Shown here piece by piece: positions 61,216 to 64,000 of a DNA stretch of 64,000 bases (positions within the stretch are counted from its first letter, which is position 1; every line of letters starts with the position of its first letter). The DNA comes from Promethearchaeota archaeon (GTDB lineage Archaea; Asgardarchaeota; Lokiarchaeia; Sigyniarchaeales; SOKP01). The DNA lies in contig JBHLOC010000003.1 in assembly GCA_048940925.1 (NCBI GenBank), positions 64,001 through 128,000 of the forward strand, written 5' to 3'. The translations under genes and the position numbers were made by a program. A model generated the notes under the pieces. It was not told the DNA's origin. It made no database searches and was given only the letters and a program-made list of their open reading frames with translations.

Positions 61216-62901
61216 TTGAGTGAAAATCCGTATGCAGAAAAACCTTGGCTAAAACATTATGATGAGGACGTTCCCGCTGAAATAGACATCCCTGAAATGA
61301 ATATATTAGAGTTTCTTGATAATTCGACTGAAGAGTTTGGTGGTAGAACTGCTATTTGGTTTATGAAAAACAAAATATCTTACAAAAAATTCAAGGATGT
61401 CGCTGATAAGCTTGCTACTGTTCTTGTTGATTTAGGTGTGAAGAAAGGTGATGTTGTTGCAATTATGTTACCAAATATGCCTCAATTTATGTTTAGTTTT
61501 TATGGTATCTTGAAAGCGGGAGGAATTGTGACAGCCTGCAGTGTTCTACACACAGAACATGAGCTAGCATACCAATTAAATGATGCTGGAGCAGAAATAA
61601 TCATAGCATGGGATAATCAATTAGAAAAAATTATGAATATAAAGGAAAGAACACGTCTTAGACATATAATTATTACTAATATATTAGATTATGGTCCAAT
61701 GGCTCCGAGAAATCCACCTGAAATTGCTGGTACTCTACAATTTCTAAACTTAATTGAAAAAATCAAACCTAATCTACCCAAATTTGAGACTAATGCAAAA
61801 GAAGATGTAGCAATTTTGCAATATACTGGAGGAACCACAGGCTTACCTAAAGGAGCAATGCTCACACATTATAATCTAGTAGCTAATTGTATGCAGATGT
61901 ATGAATGGAATAAATCCGTATTACAGAGAGGCAAAATGACAGCACTTACTACATTACCATTATTTCATATTTATGGAATGCAAGTGTGTATGAACAGTTT
62001 TATCTATAGTGGAACAACCATTGCTTTACATCCTGATCCTCGAGATCAGAAAGGTTTATTTGAAGTAATTAAAGCAACTCATCCTGCATTATTTCCTGGT
62101 GTACCAACAATGTACATGCGTTTGTTAGAACGCGATGATCTTGAAGATTATGCTAAAGATCTAAGATCAATTAAAATTTGTAATACTGGTGCTGCCCCAA
62201 TGCCCCCCGAAGTTCTTAAAGAGTTTGAGGAACGAACAGGGGCTCTAATAATTGAGGGATATGGAATGACGGAGGCTTCGCCTGTAACACATGTTAATCC
62301 TGTAAAGGGAACAAGAAAAATTGGTTCTGTAGGTCTTGCTGTCTCAAATACTGAATATATACTTGTTGATATTGATGATTATACCAAAATTATGCCTCAA
62401 GGTGAATCGGGAGAAATAATGATTAAAGGTCCACAAGTTATGAAGGGATATTGGAATAAACCAGAAGAAACAGAAAATCAATTGAAAGATAGATGGCTTT
62501 TAACTGGTGATATTGGTAAAATGGATGAGGATGGGTATCTATTTATAGTTGATAGGAAAAAAGATATGATTGATGTCAGTGGATTTAAAGTATACCCAAG
62601 AGAAGTTGAAGATGTATTATTTGAACATGAAGCTGTTGAAAATGCTTCAATAATAGGAATCCCTGATCCTGATACACCTGGAATTGAGCGAGTTAAAGCA
62701 TTCATTGTATTAAAAGACGGATATAAAGAAACTGATGAGATTAAGGCTGAAATTAAGGAATTTCTAAGGCAGAATATAGCACCCTATAAAGTTCCAAGAG
62801 AAATTGAATTCCGTAAGGAATTACCTGAAACTTTAGTTGGAAAAGTTCTCCGTAAGGATTTGAAGGATATAGAAGCCAGAAGGCGCGGAGAAGAGGTATA
62901 G
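61216..62901 (+). CDS. Long-chain fatty acid--CoA ligase
   Basis: YTGGTTGLPKG, EGYGMTE, TGD, DRKKD, GKVLR. Confidence 0.93.
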   Translation: MSENPYAEKPWLKHYDEDVPAEIDIPEMNILEFLDNSTEEFGGRTAIWFMKNKISYKKFKDVADKLATVLVDLGVKKGDVVAIMLPNMPQFMFSFYGILKAGGIVTACSVLHTEHELAYQLNDAGAEIIIAWDNQLEKIMNIKERTRLRHIIITNILDYGPMAPRNPPEIAGTLQFLNLIEKIKPNLPKFETNAKEDVAILQYTGGTTGLPKGAMLTHYNLVANCMQMYEWNKSVLQRGKMTALTTLPLFHIYGMQVCMNSFIYSGTTIALHPDPRDQKGLFEVIKATHPALFPGVPTMYMRLLERDDLEDYAKDLRSIKICNTGAAPMPPEVLKEFEERTGALIIEGYGMTEASPVTHVNPVKGTRKIGSVGLAVSNTEYILVDIDDYTKIMPQGESGEIMIKGPQVMKGYWNKPEETENQLKDRWLLTGDIGKMDEDGYLFIVDRKKDMIDVSGFKVYPREVEDVLFEHEAVENASIIGIPDPDTPGIERVKAFIVLKDGYKETDEIKAEIKEFLRQNIAPYKVPREIEFRKELPETLVGKVLRKDLKDIEARRRGEEV

Positions 62902-63253
62902 ATTTAAAATATTTTTATTTTATATTTTTTTCTTTCCATTTTTTTAGGAAATTCTTAAACTTAAAATCAGAAATACCAAGGGAATTTATTTCTTCCTTAA
63001 TCTCATTTAATTTGGGTTGATCTTTTGATTTAAATGATAATTCCCAATCATAATATGAAACTGCTTTTGACATAATTCTTATACTTAATTTTATACAAAT
63101 AAATTGATACAGACTATAGGTTTTCTAATAGTCAAAGAAATAATACAAATTTGTATATTTAGATTTAAGTTTTATCTTCTATATTACGGACCATAGGAAC
63201 AAAAAAAACTAGTTTAGCAAAAATATTTAAGAGGAAAGAGGCATATTTTCTTT

Positions 63254-63340
63254 AGGAGAGGGGTATCCGACAAAAATATAAATTATTTTCACTCCTAAAA
63301 TAATTTTTTAAATTCGTTAGATTTGATACTCCTCTTTTTT
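63254..63340 (+). ncRNA. Candidate hairpin sRNA
   Basis: 14-bp outer stem with G-U pairs on the + strand, 10-bp perfect inner stem, loop CACTCCT, 3' T-tract, TATTTAA box ~25 nt upstream. Confidence 0.4.
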
Positions 63341-63481
63341 AATAATGGTGGTTTTAATGGGTTTAGGAGGAATTTCATCTTTATTGGGAATAAAATTATT
63401 CCAAAGAAAAACCGCTTTTCTTTAAAAAAATATATACTCAATGTGTAGTACATTTTTTTCATAGAAAATCCTATATCTATT

Positions 63482-64000
63482 ATGCTAACAAAAATTGACT
63501 TTAAAAAAACAATGAAAAATTTATATCAGCCAAATGCTAAAGAAGTGGTAGTTGTTGAAGTTCCTGATATGCAATTTTTAATGATTGATGGAATGGGCTC
63601 TCCTGGAGACTCTCAAGAGTATCAAGATGCACTTACAGCTTTATATCCTGTGGCTTTTAGAGCTAAATTTCTTAGTAAAGCAAAGGGTAAAGATTATGTT
63701 TTTCCTCCCTTAGAAGGTTTATGGTGGGCAGATAATATGAATGATTTTACAGAGGGATATAGGGATAAATGGAAATGGACTATGATGATAATGCAACCTG
63801 ATTGGATAACTCAAGAGATGATAAATGAAGCTAAAGCGATCACAAAGGAGAAAAAATCTGAGCTTTCACATTTACTTCCTAAACTCATATTAGAAAGATA
63901 CAGGGAAGGCAAAGCAGCACAAATCATGCACATTGGTCTTTATTCTGAAGAAGGTCCTACGATTCAAAAATTGCATGATTTCATCAAAAAGGAAGGGGGT
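63482..64000 (+). CDS. GyrI-like small-molecule-binding domain protein, partial
   Basis: MLTKIDFKK..K.LY, FLMIDG.G.P, PPLEGLWW, W.WTMMIMQP, QIMHIG.YSEE; runs off window end. Confidence 0.88.
   Translation, partial: MLTKIDFKKTMKNLYQPNAKEVVVVEVPDMQFLMIDGMGSPGDSQEYQDALTALYPVAFRAKFLSKAKGKDYVFPPLEGLWWADNMNDFTEGYRDKWKWTMMIMQPDWITQEMINEAKAITKEKKSELSHLLPKLILERYREGKAAQIMHIGLYSEEGPTIQKLHDFIKKEGG

Noticed and set aside
2061-62705. Short ORF-track entries overlapping longer genes (e.g. 2061-2264, 4348-4605, 6927-7460, 12364-12555, 23421-23762, 50671-51000, 60718-61050, 62478-62705)
   Set aside because: Antisense or alternate-frame shadows of well-supported genes, with no motifs or RBS
63345-63425. 26-codon hydrophobic ORF MVVLMGLGGISSLLGIKLFQRKTAFL
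   Set aside because: Looks at most like a permease C-terminal remnant; too short to support as a gene

Overview
Very AT-rich archaeal chromosomal segment, most likely Asgard/Lokiarchaeia (Promethearchaeota). The evidence is a Loki-type LRR protein, PolB1, a tetraether synthase, GGTGA-type ribosome-binding sites and frequent TTG/GTG starts. Contents in order: TetR with a FadR-like operator, pncB, a lipid-related neighbourhood (Tes/GDGT-MAS, polyprenol/DAG kinase-like, SRPBCC, GGR-family), polB1, an intact tRNA-Thr(UGU) and a decayed second tRNA-Thr-like gene flanking an LRR gene. A ~19 kb phosphorus island follows (MFS, NPP-type phosphodiesterase, ppa, an unusual ABC importer, pstSCAB-phoU, AbrB-PhoU regulator, Pit, three DUF47). 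The rest is fatty-acid/redox genes, an aminotransferase, GH4, a 2839-aa all-membrane protein, a liv-type ABC operon with a HEAT-repeat gene, an acyl-CoA ligase and a partial GyrI-like gene. Best novelty candidates: (1) an ABC importer whose two ATPases carry complementary degenerate motifs (one live and one dead ATP site) and whose promoter shares a 9-bp-phased TATATAG box with pstS; (2) a giant ~89-TM protein built from 4-TM repeats; (3) two unannotated structured RNAs, one leading a small ORF. No CRISPR, rRNA, transposase or integrase was seen. All calls are from motif recognition by eye; no searches were run.
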